From contig NC_069007.1 of the NCBI RefSeq assembly GCF_001194135.2, forward strand, positions 12,337,617 through 12,380,870: DNA of 43,254 nucleotides, in the 5' to 3' direction. How positions within the stretch are numbered: the first letter of the stretch is position 1; every line of letters starts with the position of its first letter. The position numbers and the translations under genes were made by a program. This document shows positions 11,151 through 23,545 of the stretch, piece after piece. The stretch is from Octopus bimaculoides (lineage: Eukaryota). The notes under the pieces were generated by a model. That model saw nothing but the letters and a program-made list of their open reading frames with translations. It was not told the DNA's origin and did not search any database.

Positions 11151-11231
11151 TTGTATTTATTATGGTAGTTTTGACTTAAGGGTCCCTCTTAGTGTGAGGC
11201 ATTAATGTGTAGGTAATGCCCTTAATATAAA
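11151..11231. repeat. Third arm of the 10501 MITE TIR
   Basis: Reverse complement of 10501-10582. Confidence 0.85.
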
Positions 11232-11249
11232 TATATATATGTGTGTGTG

Positions 11250-11500
11250 AAAGCACATGGCTTAGTGGTTAAGGTGTTGCACTCACGATTGCGAGATCAT
11301 GGGTTCGATTCCCAAACCGGGCGTTGCATTGTGTTCTTGAGCAAAGCACTTCATTTCATGTTGCCCTGCAAACATTTCATCATCTGACATGTGGCACCCA
11401 TTGCACCTGTACAGGTAATGTGGATCTGATGGAGGGAGTGAGATTATGTCTATATGAACATTTGATTACTATAAACAAATCATCTGTGTGGTTATTTGAT
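11250..11500 (+). mobile_element. tRNA-derived SINE family E
   Basis: TGGCTTAGTGGTTAAG (A box), GGTTCGATTCCC (B box), GTGTTCTTGAGCAAAGCAC. Confidence 0.8.
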
Positions 11501-11550
11501 AAGAAATTGTCAAACTCTCATACATCGTCTAACGACAGGCGAGTCCATCG

Positions 11551-11584
<34 letters not shown>

Positions 11585-11769
11585 ATAATAATAATAAAGA
11601 AGGTGGCTATACACATTGTAAGATGAAAAAGGGAAAATTCAATTGCAACTGATGGTGCAGGGAAGCACCTACATTGCTGGAAATAAGAGTTAAAAACCCT
11701 TAGCTGGCTATATATATATATATATATATATATATGATTATATATGTGTGTGTATGGATGTGTGTATAT

Positions 11770-11978
11770 GTTTATCCCCACCACTGCTACTTGACAACCG
11801 GTGTTGGTCTGTTGATGTCCCTGCAACTTAGAAGTTTGGCAAACGAGAACGATAGAATAAGTACCAGGCTTTCCAAACTAATAATAAGCGCTGGGATTGA
11901 CTAGTTTGACTGAAAAAAAATTCTTCAAGGCGATGCCCCAGCATGGCCACAGTCTAATGACTGAACAAGTAAAAGATA
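11770..11978 (+). mobile_element. Family B SINE 3' part
   Basis: TTGACAACCGGTGTTGG...CAGCATGGCCACAGTCTAATGACTGAAC. Confidence 0.75.
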
Positions 11979-12367
11979 GAAGATACATAAAGATAATAAT
12001 TCAGAAAACAAATTGGTGGTGGCGGCAGCGGTGGTGGTGGTGCTGCTGCTGCTGGTGGTGCTGGTAGCAGTGCTAGTGTAATTATGAATGTATTAAGTGC
12101 AACAAATTTCAATGTAAAATGATATTGGACATTACAATTACCAATTCTAAGTGAGAAAATAGCCAGAGGCTCCTCTCTAGCACATTCCTCGCTCTCTCTA
12201 AAATTGCTATTTAGAATGTCAGACGTATTAGAAGAGTAGGTAAATACCTTGCAGTAATTATCACAGCTCTGTGTATTGAGCAAGATCAAATCCCAGTAAG
12301 GTCAAATGTGTCTTTCATCCTTCTGGGGTTGAGATTTATATGAAGTGCTTCTCAAGTGGTAATGGGG

Positions 12368-12394
12368 GTCATCTTTCTCTCTATTTTTATCTAT

Positions 12395-12483
<89 letters not shown>

Positions 12484-13036
12484 CTATCTATTTACCAATT
12501 TCTCTGTCTATCTATTTATCTATCTATCCAAATATCTATCTATCATCTATCTATCTATCTGTCTGTCTATCTTTCTACCTATTTATCTATCTACCCATCT
12601 ATCTGTTTATCAAACAATTTAATCTCTTTTGCTCTCTCTCTCTCTCTCTCTCGCTCCCCACTCTGTCAATCATTTTTCCTATCTGTCTAACTCTTTCACT
12701 CACTGTCTCTCTATCAATCTGTCTATCTTTCATCCTATCTATCTTTTTTCCAATCCATCCATCTAGCTAGCTATCCCTCTGTCTCTCTGTCTCTCTTTCT
12801 TTCTCTTTTTCTTTATGAATTTATCTGTATATCCTATTATTTATCTATCAATCTACCTTTTTTACTCTTTCTCACTCTCTTTTTCTCCCTCTATTTATAT
12901 CTGTCCATCTCTTTCTATCTATCTGACTGTCTGTCAGTTGGCCACTTTCTATCTTACTTTTTCTCTCTATCTATCTATCTATCTATCTGTCCACCTATTT
13001 TTCTATTTATCTATATAGCTAGATCTCTTCCATTTG

Positions 13037-13110
<74 letters not shown>

Positions 13111-13242
13111 CATTCATCAGTCTATGTATGTATGTATCTATCTATCTATCTCTCTATCTCTATCTACCTCTTTCGTTTTCTCTATATGTCTCATCTTTAT
13201 TAATCTATCTAGTTATATTTCTATCTATTCATCTCTCTCTCT

Positions 13243-13285
<43 letters not shown>
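12368..13285. repeat. (CT)n/(ATCT)n compound microsatellite field
   Basis: Directly visible. Confidence 0.95.
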
Positions 13286-13289
<4 letters not shown>

Positions 13290-13381
13290 TACTTTGAGAG
13301 AAGCTTCATGTTGAACCTTTCACAAAGTCTTCCCCTTCCAAGAAAGAGAACAGGGTTGACATTATTTGGGATATATATAGA

Positions 13382-13957
13382 CTGGAGCCTGGTGTTGCCA
13401 TCCAGTTTCACCAGTCCTCAGTCAAATCGTCCAACCCATGCTAGCATGGAAAGCGGACGTTAAACGATGATGATGATATATAGTTATGGATATATTCTTT
13501 TCTACTGTAGGCACAAGGCCCAAAATTTTTGGGGAGGAGGCCAATCGATTAGATCGACCCCAGTATGCAACTGGTACTTAATTTATCGACCCCGAAAGGA
13601 TGAAATGCATAGTCGACCTCAACGGAATTTGAACTCAGAAAGTAAAGACAGATGAAATACCGCAAAGCATTGCGCCAGGCATGCTAACGTTTCTGCCTTA
13701 TAGATATAAATATATTGAGAAGAAGACCCATGAAGTCAAGCACAGTCATGACAGATACCAGTGTCATGCAAATGGCATGCAAAAGCACCCATTACACTCT
13801 CAGAGTGGTTGGCGTTAGGAAGGGCATCCAGCCATAGAAAACCATGCGAAATCAGACTGGAGTCTGGTGCAGCCTTTCAGCTCACCAGCCCTAGTCAAAC
13901 CGTCCAACCCATGCCAGCATGGACAACGGACCTTAAATGATGACGATGATGATGATG
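13382..13957. mobile_element. Cluster: family C (13382-13475 +), family A (13497-13698 -), family C (13720-13957 +)
   Basis: Homology to the other copies in the window. Confidence 0.8.
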
Positions 13958-14469
13958 GTTATATATATGTGAACATCTATTTTGCTTTGTTTATTAATGG
14001 TTCAATGAGGTCACCTCTGTAAGATTTGGAAGAGAATCTATGACAATTCAGGTTACAGTGAATACATTCTCTCAATAGGTAGAGCAGTGAATATGGCCCC
14101 AGCCCAAATTTTTTGGACAAAGAGACAGATTAAAAATGAAAATAATACGCAACCGAAAGAACTAATAAATGATCACACTTATAACAGGAAGAAAAGAAGA
14201 ATTAAATAAATAAATACAATTATGTTTAAAAAATTACAATTTCATGAAGAGATACAGTTATTAAAACAATAATTAACTGAACAGACACAATTATAAAATA
14301 ACCATTTACATGCTTTTTATCATCTGTACTTCACACTAAAACACAAATTTTAAAAAAATAGTAATAAAGTTATTGAATCAGCAGTGTGTCTTTTGCAAGT
14401 GTTGTAAGCCACAAAGAGGTATTAGACATGACTCATAAAAGAGGGTAACTCCTTGTGTATCTTTTTAGT

Positions 14470-14670
14470 ATTTAAACTGGCCATGTTAAGTCAAAATATT
14501 CTATCTATTTTACATTCAAACTAGCCAGATTCTGCCTCTCATACCTATCCCATAATGTCTTTTGAAAAATAAACACATTAAAATCTTGTCACTAGAAGAT
14601 AATGCATAATAAATTAAAAACAATTTAAATAAATAAGCATTACGTTTGGCAGAATAATTTGAATGCTAAA
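14470..14670 (+). mobile_element. Degraded TTAA-type MITE
   Basis: Homologous to 21217-21444. Confidence 0.6.
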
Positions 14671-14677
14671 ATCTCTT

Positions 14678-14763
14678 TTTTTTCTTCTTGTTTCATTCAC
14701 TAAACTGTGGCAATGCTGGGGCACCAACTTGAGGAATTTTAGTCAAACAAATCAACCCCGCTA

Positions 14764-14801
<38 letters not shown>

Positions 14802-14992
14802 TGTGTTTGTCCCCCCCACCATCACTTGACAACCAATGCTGCTGTGTTAACATCCCCATAACCTAGCAGTTCAGCAAAGAAACAGATAAAATAAATACTA
14901 GACTTACAAAGAATGAGTCCTGGGGTCGATTTGTTTGACTAAAGGTGGTGCTCCAGCATGGCTGCAGTCAAATGCCTGAAACAAGTAAAAGA
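14678..14992. mobile_element. Family B fragments in opposite orientation (about 14678-14770 -, 14800-14992 +)
   Basis: Homology to B copies. Confidence 0.7.
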
Positions 14993-15005
14993 AAAAAAAT
15001 AAAAT

Positions 15006-15385
15006 AGGTGCAGTCATGGCTGTGTGGTAAGAGACTTGCTTCTCAACCACATAGTTCCAGGTTCAGTCCCAATTCAAAGCATCTTGAGCAAGTGATTTCT
15101 ACTCTAATCTTGGGCTGACCAAAGCCATTTGAGTGAATTTGGTAGGCGGAAACTGAAAGAAGCCCATTGTCTGTATGTGTGTCTTTGTGTCTGTGCTTGT
15201 CCCCCCACCAGTGCTTGACAGCCAGTGCTGGTGTGTTTACTTAACTTAGCAGTTCAGCCAAAGAGAACGATAGAATAAGTGCCAGGTTTAAAATAAATAA
15301 CTACTAGGGTTCAATTCATTCGACTAAAATTTTTCCAAGGGGCTGCTCCAGCATGGCCACAGTCTAATGAGATAAATGATACAAT
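15006..15385 (+). mobile_element. Near full-length family B SINE
   Basis: GGTGCAGTCATGGCTGTGTGGTAAG...GGTTCAGTCCC...TTGAGCAAGTG...CAGCATGGCCACAGTCTAATGA. Confidence 0.85.
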
Positions 15386-15655
15386 ACATTCATATTTATA
15401 TATATATATATACATACAACACATATGCACACACATATACGCATGTGTGTGTATACACATATACGCATGTGTGTGTATACACGTAGATAAACTCAATGAT
15501 ATGAAATTTTGAAAACCAAGAAATAACAATGTTGGAGATAATGATAAATAAATATATACATATATGTAAATGTATGCACACCCATTCAGATATACATACG
15601 TAATTATATATATGCACATGTACATGTGTGTGTAGAGTGGTACATAGATATATAC

Positions 15656-15745
<90 letters not shown>

Positions 15746-16064
15746 ATATATATATATATGCATATGCATGTGTGAATATATTAATGTATGTATTGTAGAA
15801 AAGAGAGAAAAAGGGTTTACAATAGTTATTATAGAATGCATTCATTGATTTGTTTGAAGCCGAAGTTTATTGAATTCCAAAGTTGATTGACTTCAATAAC
15901 ATTGGTTGGTGAAAGTTCTACGGAACCGGAAGCTCAGAATAACAACAACGACAACAACGGCAATAGTATAAGAGTGACGCTTTGGTTTGGAACAAATGTA
16001 TATGTGGGTGTGTATATATATATATTTAGGCATATATGTGTGTGTACGCATATGTCTGTGTGTG

Positions 16065-16111
<47 letters not shown>

Positions 16112-16307
16112 NNNNNNNNNNNNNNNNNNNNNNNNNNNNNNNNNNNNNNNNNNNNNNNNNNNNNNNNNNNNNNNNNNNNNNNNNNNNNNNNNNNNNNNNN
16201 NNNNNNNNNNNNNNNNNNNNNNNNNNNNNNNNNNNNNNNNNNNNNNNNNNNNNNNNNNNNNNNNNNNNNNNNNNNNNNNNNNNNNNNNNNNNNNNNNNNN
16301 NNNNNNN

Positions 16308-16339
<32 letters not shown>

Positions 16340-17117
16340 GTATATCTGTGTATATAAACACCTGTGTCTGTGTGTGTATATATATTTATGCATGTGTGTG
16401 CATGTGTGTTTAGACATGCACATGATGTAAGTAATGCTGTATTGCAAACATATGAGAGAAAAAGAAAAAAACCAACTAACCAACTGTCCATTAGATGTGA
16501 AGTTACTCAATGTATTGATTTGGCGAAGTTGAATGATAACCAGGCATACTTCACAGTAATTTTGCGATGGCATCACAGAAATGCTTAGTCATTGCAAAAC
16601 TGTAAATGTCAGATACAGAGATATTAAACTTGTGCAAAACAGGAACTCTTTTAAGTGTTGCCAGAGACAAGACAGCCTCTCTAATGCTGGTGCCTCTATG
16701 AAGTACACCCTGCAACTGTTCTGTGATATGGTTGGTGACAGGAAGAGCATCCAGCTGGAAAAACTGTGGTAAAAGTGGAACCAGAGGAGTATGATATTGT
16801 CCTCAGCCTGTCTTGGAGTGTAGGAATTCCATATAAGAGCTTATTGAGACAGAAAGTGGTGGGTGAGATTTGAATAAAGAAAGAAATGATGGAAAAAAAA
16901 TGTAAGAAAAAAAAAGAAAAGAAAAGGCGAAAGAGAAAGAAAGAAAGCAATATGGAGAAAGTGAGCCAAATATATCTGTGGGTGGGGGTGGGAAAAGGGG
17001 TGGATACAGGGTTTGTGGTTGGGGAAGGGTGGAGAGATGTAGCCAGTAGGGTGGAGTGAGAAGTGTATGGTAATTGACTAATCAACCATTTGGTGATAAT
17101 TAAGTGGAAATGAAATA

Positions 17118-17328
17118 GCAGTGGTGGTGGTGGTAGTGAGTGTTGTTGTAGTGGTGGTGCTGTAGGCTGTGATGGTAGTAGTAGTAGTAGTAGTAATAGA
17201 AGTGATAGTTGTCATTGTGGTAGTATTGGTTATTATTTGTGGTGTTGCTTGTGATGGTGATGATGGTGATGGAGGTGTTGATGGTTGTTATGATGGCGAT
17301 GGTTGCTGTTGTTGGTGGTGGTGACAAG
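17118..17328. repeat. Degenerate (GGT)/(AGT)/(GAT)n trinucleotide repeat
   Basis: Directly visible. Confidence 0.9.
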
Positions 17329-17646
17329 AGAGCCTAGCGTGTTTTCTGCTAAGATTTGTATTGTTTGAGTCAGACACTCTGTTCTAGTGAGAGGTTGATG
17401 GTTTTGTGTATGTGTGTGCATGTGTGTGTATGTGCATGTGTGTGTGTGTGTGTGAGTGTGTATGTGTTACGAGAAGGAAATTACACGATTATAAAAAGTT
17501 GATGCTGAGCTGAGGGAAGGAGCAGAAAGCATGCGATGGAGGTTTGTAAGCAAAACAGATATATATCACGCAAATATACATGCATATACACACACACACA
17601 CACACACATATATACATATATATGCACACATATACCTTGGCATGTG

Positions 17647-17677
<31 letters not shown>

Positions 17678-18896
17678 GTGTGTATATCTACATATATGTG
17701 TGTATATATTTATATATACATATATATATATATGTACACCCACTCATACATATACACACATGTATGTGATATATATATATACACACAACCATATTTATAC
17801 ATGCATATATGCATACATACATTCTCACACGCATACACCCACATATATATATTTGCCATTTTATTATTTCCTCATGCTAGGATTTTACGATATTTGCCCA
17901 CAAATTGACCATGTAATGGTGTTTTATAGATGTCTGCCAACAACTTCGTTCTCTTTAACAATGCCATTCCTAACCAAAATGTTTTTTAGTATGGTTGTTG
18001 TGACATTTGTCATTGTTGATTTTTGTTTGCTGTAACTGTATTTTTTTGTTTGTTTTTGTTGTTGTTTAACTGCCTCGTTCAGCTCTCATCAAGCTGGCTT
18101 ATGCTCAAAGCTTTTTCCAAAAATGACCACCATGACTTTTCATTTTGTACAAACAAAGCGAGGGTCACACAGCATGTTATGTGCTCGCATTNNNNNNNNN
18201 NNNNNNNNNNNNNNNNNNNNNNNNNNNNNNNNNNNNNNNNNNNNNNNNNNNNNNNNNNNNNNNNNNNNNNNNNNNNNNNNNNNNNNNNNNNNNNNNNNNN
18301 NNNNNNNNNNNNNNNNNNNNNNNNNNNNNNNNNNNNNNNNNNNNNNNNNNNNNNNNNNNNNNNNNNNNNNNNNNNNNNNNNNNNNNNNNNNNNNNNNNNN
18401 NNNNNNNNNNNNNNNNNNNNNNNNNNNNNNNNNNNNNNNNNNNNNNNNNNNNNNNNNNNNNNNNNNNNNNNNNNNNNNNNNNNNNNNNNNNNNNNNNNNN
18501 NNNNNNNNNNNNNNNNNNNNNNNNNNNNNNNNNNNNNNNNNNNNNNNNNNNNNNNNNNNNNNNNNNNNNNNNNNNNNNNNNNNNNNNNNNNNNNNNNNNN
18601 NNNNNNNNNNNNNNNNNNNNNNNNNNNNNNNNNNNNNNNNNNNNNNNNNNNNNNNNNNNNNNNNNNNNNNNNNNNNNNNNNNNNNNNNNNNNNNNNNNNN
18701 NNNNNNNNNNNNNNNNNNNNNNNNNNNNNNNNNNNNNNNNNNNNNNNNNNNNNNNNNNNNNNNNNNNNNNNNNNNNNNNNNNNNNNNNNNNNNNNNNNNN
18801 NNNNNNNNNNNNNNNNNNNNNNNNNNNNNNNNNNNNNNNNNNNNNNNNNNNNNNNNNNNNNNNNNNNNNNNNNNNNNNNNNNNNNNNNNNNNNNNN

Positions 18897-18936
<40 letters not shown>

Positions 18937-19018
18937 TAAACGGTGATATATATGTATATAAATGGTGGTTTGTACACATATATACATGCATGTGTATTTG
19001 TATGTGTGTATGTGTGTT

Positions 19019-19051
<33 letters not shown>

Positions 19052-19200
19052 GTTAACTAAGATATAAGTTAGAAGTTATGCAACCATCTAAGGGATAGTT
19101 GTATCCATGGGCACTCCTGGTATATTACATCAGTATGTATAGACCTCATTATAAGGTATACAGTAGTAGGTAATTTAAAGGTAAAAACCATGGTTTAATA

Positions 19201-19319
19201 TATATAGAGACGATAAGAAATAGAGCAATAATGAACAATGAGAAGTGGATCATTGGTGTTTTAAAGTCATCTTAATTAAATAATGACTTTATTGCTCCAT
19301 TTCTTATCGTCTTTATATA
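19201..19319. repeat. Short fold-back element with 31-bp TIRs
   Basis: 19201-19231 vs 19289-19319, 2 mismatches; embedded in (TA)n. Confidence 0.8.
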
Positions 19320-20266
19320 TATATATATTTATATATGTATGTATATATATATATATATGTATATGTATAGAATAATTATGAGCAGTATATCAAAAGGATA
19401 TCCTTTAATATAGTGCCATTCGTTAGCCCTCTTAAGGAGCACTAAGAATATAGGCAAGAGTGGAAAACAAATTTCAAAGGTCAAGTCCCTTCATGAAATT
19501 AAATCACTTCACATCATCGGCATATTCATATACATCATCAATTGATGTACAAATATGCAAATCATGATAATGTATAATACAGAAATGTACCTGCTTTGAA
19601 TTATTCAGTGTTAAGTATTCAAATTTTACAAATCGTTGACAAGGTTAGACAGTAGGAATCCAAGGAGCGATGGTTTATGATGAATTAGGATGAATCTTGA
19701 GTGAGTACATATTCTTATGATCGTTTTGAAAAATTTTGGTTTGAAATGGGGGAGTCTTCCATCCATAACAATTGACCACATTTCTTTCATCAGGGGTACA
19801 CTCCTGCACCAAAACATAACAGCGTTTTAAGATATTAAAATTTTTTAAAGATTTGGTAAAAATCCTAAAAATATAAGAATTTCCCTAAAATTACAGATGT
19901 TGAATCGAAGAAGCATATTGTTCATGCAAGAAGAGGGAAGCGAATGGTTCAAATTAAAACTAAATTAAATGTTTAAATAAACTATTAGATTATTGATGAA
20001 CAATTTTAGTGTGAGTCCATGCATGTGGAAGGCTGATGGGATCAACTCCATGCTATAGCTATCAAAAAATTTTTTAAATATCATACAATATAAAAATTTG
20101 ATTGTGAATTTATAAAAATCACTTAATTGAGAGCATTTACATGAAAGGTTGATGGGTTTCAGACACGGAACTTAGTTCACTAAAATAAAATATCAATGAA
20201 TTAAGAAGACAAAAATATGTAGGAATTTTGTGTTTAAGCATTTATAAACATTCATTTAGGTTTCAG

Positions 20267-20311
20267 GTGTTATGTCAAATGAAACGAACTGAAGATGGAG
20301 ACAAAAATCTT
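20267..20311 (+). CDS. Candidate isolated 45-nt internal exon (VLCQMKRTEDGDKNL), gene unknown
   Basis: TTTCAG acceptor and CTT|GTAAGC donor; only the phase-0 frame is open; lies in non-repetitive sequence. No homology recognised. Confidence 0.2.
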
Positions 20312-20427
20312 GTAAGCTGTTTAAGATAAATCCATGTTCGTAGGTTCAGAATTCTGATTTGGTTATTTTCTGAAGAATTTAAACGTAGATGAGAAATTTA
20401 TTCTCCATTCTTGCCTATATATATATG

Positions 20428-20491
<64 letters not shown>

Positions 20492-21216
20492 AACACACAC
20501 AAACACACACACACACACACACACATACATTATATATCCGGAAGTTGTAGAATGTTTGATATATTTTCAAAATGTCATTAATGACTTGTAGCTGTGATTA
20601 GTTAATTAACTGCTTCCCTTCTGGTGTTGTGGAGCTGAGCTTGACTAAGACTAATGGGGAGGCAGGTGTACAGGTACCATGTGTGTGTGTGTGTGTGCAT
20701 ATGTATATATATGTATGTGTGTATGTGCATATGCATATAGGTATGTGTTTATGTATGTGTGTGCATATGTATATATGTATGTGTGTGTGCATATGCATGT
20801 ATGTGTGTGTGCATATGTATGTGTGTATGTATATGTGTGTGTTTCAACACATGTTTGTGTGTTTCTTTGTGTGCGTATTATTTTTCTCCTTCTCTTGTGT
20901 TCAATCATTAGTCTTCTGCTATTCTGGAGTACTTCTTTATAGCCTGTAGTTCAGTTGATTCCATTGTCCTCCATTTCCATTTTATTGACCCCAGTAGGAT
21001 AAAACAGATCTGGATGAGATTTGAATTACCAATGTAAATATTAACAGGAATCCCGAAATTCAGCTAACAACTAAATTGAAAATTACCAATTTTGAAATAT
21101 TCCAGGAAGTATAAATAACAAACCAAAAATCATCTCAGCTCATTCAACCCTTTTAATAACAACGTCTCATAGACCACACCTGGTTATATGACACAAACTT
21201 CCTGTTTTAAGGTGAT

Positions 21217-21444
21217 TTAACTCCTTTAGCATTAAACTGGCTATATCAGGCCCTATATTCTACATGTTTTATGTTCAAACTGGCCAGATTCAGCCTCTCA
21301 CACTTACCCTACAATGTCATTCTCAAAATATGCAATCAACTTCATTGAAATCTTGAAGCAGTGAGATAATGCATAATTAAATGCAACCAATTTCAATGAA
21401 TAAGCATTATGCTTGACTTAGTAATTTGAATGCCAAAGGGTTAG
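21217..21444 (+). mobile_element. TTAA-flanked piggyBac-like MITE
   Basis: TTAA-CTCCTTTAGCATT ... AATGCCAAAGGG-TTAG. Confidence 0.7.
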
Positions 21445-21789
21445 ATTACAATATTTGGTGGCATAAAAGACACAGGGACATACTTGATGCTTCTCAATTT
21501 CAGGGGCAAAGCATCATGAACAGAATTATCTTAAGGAAGTCCAACTTCTCAAATGATATCCAGGAGAATTTTTTGTTTTTTCTTTTTGAAACATATTTTA
21601 GAAGAAAATGTGTATCCTATGTGACATAAAAGACAATAAAACCTTCCATCAAAATTTCCTGTTAATTTATATTCTAAAAACCAGCTTAATAATGACAAAG
21701 TTATTTTACTAAATTCTTTGTTATTTTCAAAATTAATTCGAAAAGAAATGGCTACGTGTTTCAATAGAAATATGATAATGTTCTTTTAT

Positions 21790-21990
21790 TCTTTTACTTG
21801 TTTCAGTCAATTTGACTGTGGCCATGCTGGAGCACTGCCTTTAGTCGAACAGATCGACCCCAGGACATATTCTTTGTAAGCTTAGTACTTATTCCATTAG
21901 TCTCTTTTACCAAACTGCTAAGTTACGGGGATGTAAACACACCAGCATCGGTTGTCAAGCAATGGTGGGGGGACAAACACAGACACACAA
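21790..21990 (-). mobile_element. Family B SINE 3' part
   Basis: Homology to 29139-29330. Confidence 0.85.
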
Positions 21991-21991
21991 A

Positions 21992-22024
<33 letters not shown>

Positions 22025-22025
22025 G

Positions 22026-22100
<75 letters not shown>

Positions 22101-22106
22101 ATATGT

Positions 22107-22477
22107 GGAAGCACAATGGCCCAGTGCTTAGGGCATTGGACTCGCAGTCATAGGGTTGCGGTTTCGATTCCCAGACTGTACGTTGTGAGTGTTTATTGAG
22201 TGAAAACACTTAAAGCTCTATGAGGCTCTGGCATGGGGGGAGGGGAAGCAAACCCTGCTGTAATCGTCCACCACAACTTTCTCTCACTCTTTCTTCCTGT
22301 TTCTGTTGTACCTGTATTTCAGAGGGTCAGCCTTGTCACACTGAATCTCCCCGAGAACTACGTTAAAGGTACATGTGTCTGTGGAGTGCTCAGCCACTTG
22401 CATATTAATTTCCCGAGCAGGCTGTTCCATTGATTGGATCAACTGGAACCCTTGTCATTGTAACTAATGGAGTGCCA
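22107..22477 (+). mobile_element. Near full-length family D SINE
   Basis: TGGCCCAGTGCTTAG (A box), GGTTTCGATTCCC (B box), then the D body. Confidence 0.85.
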
Positions 22478-22491
22478 TGACTATATTGATA

Positions 22492-22522
<31 letters not shown>

Positions 22523-22694
22523 TATATCATACTGTGTGAACTAAGATCCCCATTAACAGGCCACTGGTATTTATAGTGTTACACACTTTCAGTATGCAAA
22601 TTAGGGTCTCCTTCATAGAGTAACTGCTGCATTTGTTGAGTATATAAAGAGTTTTGCTGTCTGTTTCTCTGGAGGCTGTCAGAATGTTGTAGAC

Positions 22695-22737
22695 ACCTCT
22701 GATGAGAACCCAGTAAGGTTTAAAATATCGATTAAGT
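22695..22737 (+). ncRNA. Degenerate type-I hammerhead motif
   Basis: ACCT-CTGATGA-GAACC(CAGTAA)GGTTT-AAAA-T(ATCG)A-TT^AAGT. G12A substitution and one stem I mismatch. Confidence 0.5.
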
Positions 22738-22842
22738 TCTTCATCATTTTTTTTTCAGTCTGTGGAGAAATGGCTAAAACTTGCCCAGTATATAATTATA
22801 CCATATGTTACATATATATATATATATACATATACACATACA

Positions 22843-23002
22843 GTGAGCTTCTTTCTGTTTCCATCTACCAAATCCACTCACAAGGCTTTGATCGGCCTGA
22901 GGCTATAAAAGAAGGCACTTGCCCAAGGTGCCATGGAGTGGGACTGAACCCTGAACCACCTGGTTGGGAAGTAAGTTTCTTACCACACAGCCACTCCTGC
23001 AC
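22843..23002 (-). mobile_element. Family B SINE 5' part
   Basis: tRNA-like head and CORE-like block. Confidence 0.85.
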
Positions 23003-23087
23003 CTTATGTTAATCCTTTCCATATTAACCTGTCAGAGACATACCCTGGTTGTGTGACAATAGATAATTCTTTATTCATCATAATCAT

Positions 23088-23545
23088 CATCATCATTTAA
23101 CGTCCGGTTTCCATGCTAGCATGGATTGGACGATTTGACTGAGGACTGGTGAACCTGATGGCTACACCAGGCTCCAATCTGATTTGGCAGAGTTTCTACA
23201 GCTGGATGCCCTTCCTAACGCCAGCCACTCCGAGAGTGTAGTGGGTGCTTTTACATGCCACCGGCACGAAGGCCAGTCTGAAGTTACTGGCAATGGCCAC
23301 ACTCGAAATGGTGTATTTTACGTGCCACCTGCACAGGAGCCAGTCCAGTGGTACTGGCAACAAAGTCGCTCAAATGTCTTTTCACGTGTCACTGGCACAA
23401 GTGCCAGGAAGGCGACGTTGGTAACGATCACGCTCAAATGGTGTTATTTACGTGCCACCGGCACGGAAGCCAGACAGCTGGTGCTCTGGCAACAATCACG
23501 CTTGGACGGTGCTCTTAGTGATCTACTGGTACAGGTGCCATTGAC
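23088..23545 (-). mobile_element. Family C retroposon with 4-5 internal tandem units of about 65 bp
   Basis: Repeated TTTACGTGCCACCGGCAC...GGCAAC...CGCTCAAATGGTG. Confidence 0.85.

Noticed and set aside
19504-19680. Minus-strand YADD (DLHICTSIDDVYEYADDVK*) and LLGFLLSNLVNDL as a reverse transcriptase relic
   Set aside because: The motifs are in inconsistent spacing with intervening stops and no PQG motif; it cannot be supported without a profile search.
22107-22180. tRNA genes at SINE heads (also 11250 and 15006)
   Set aside because: A/B boxes are present but there is no full cloverleaf, and each continues into a SINE body.
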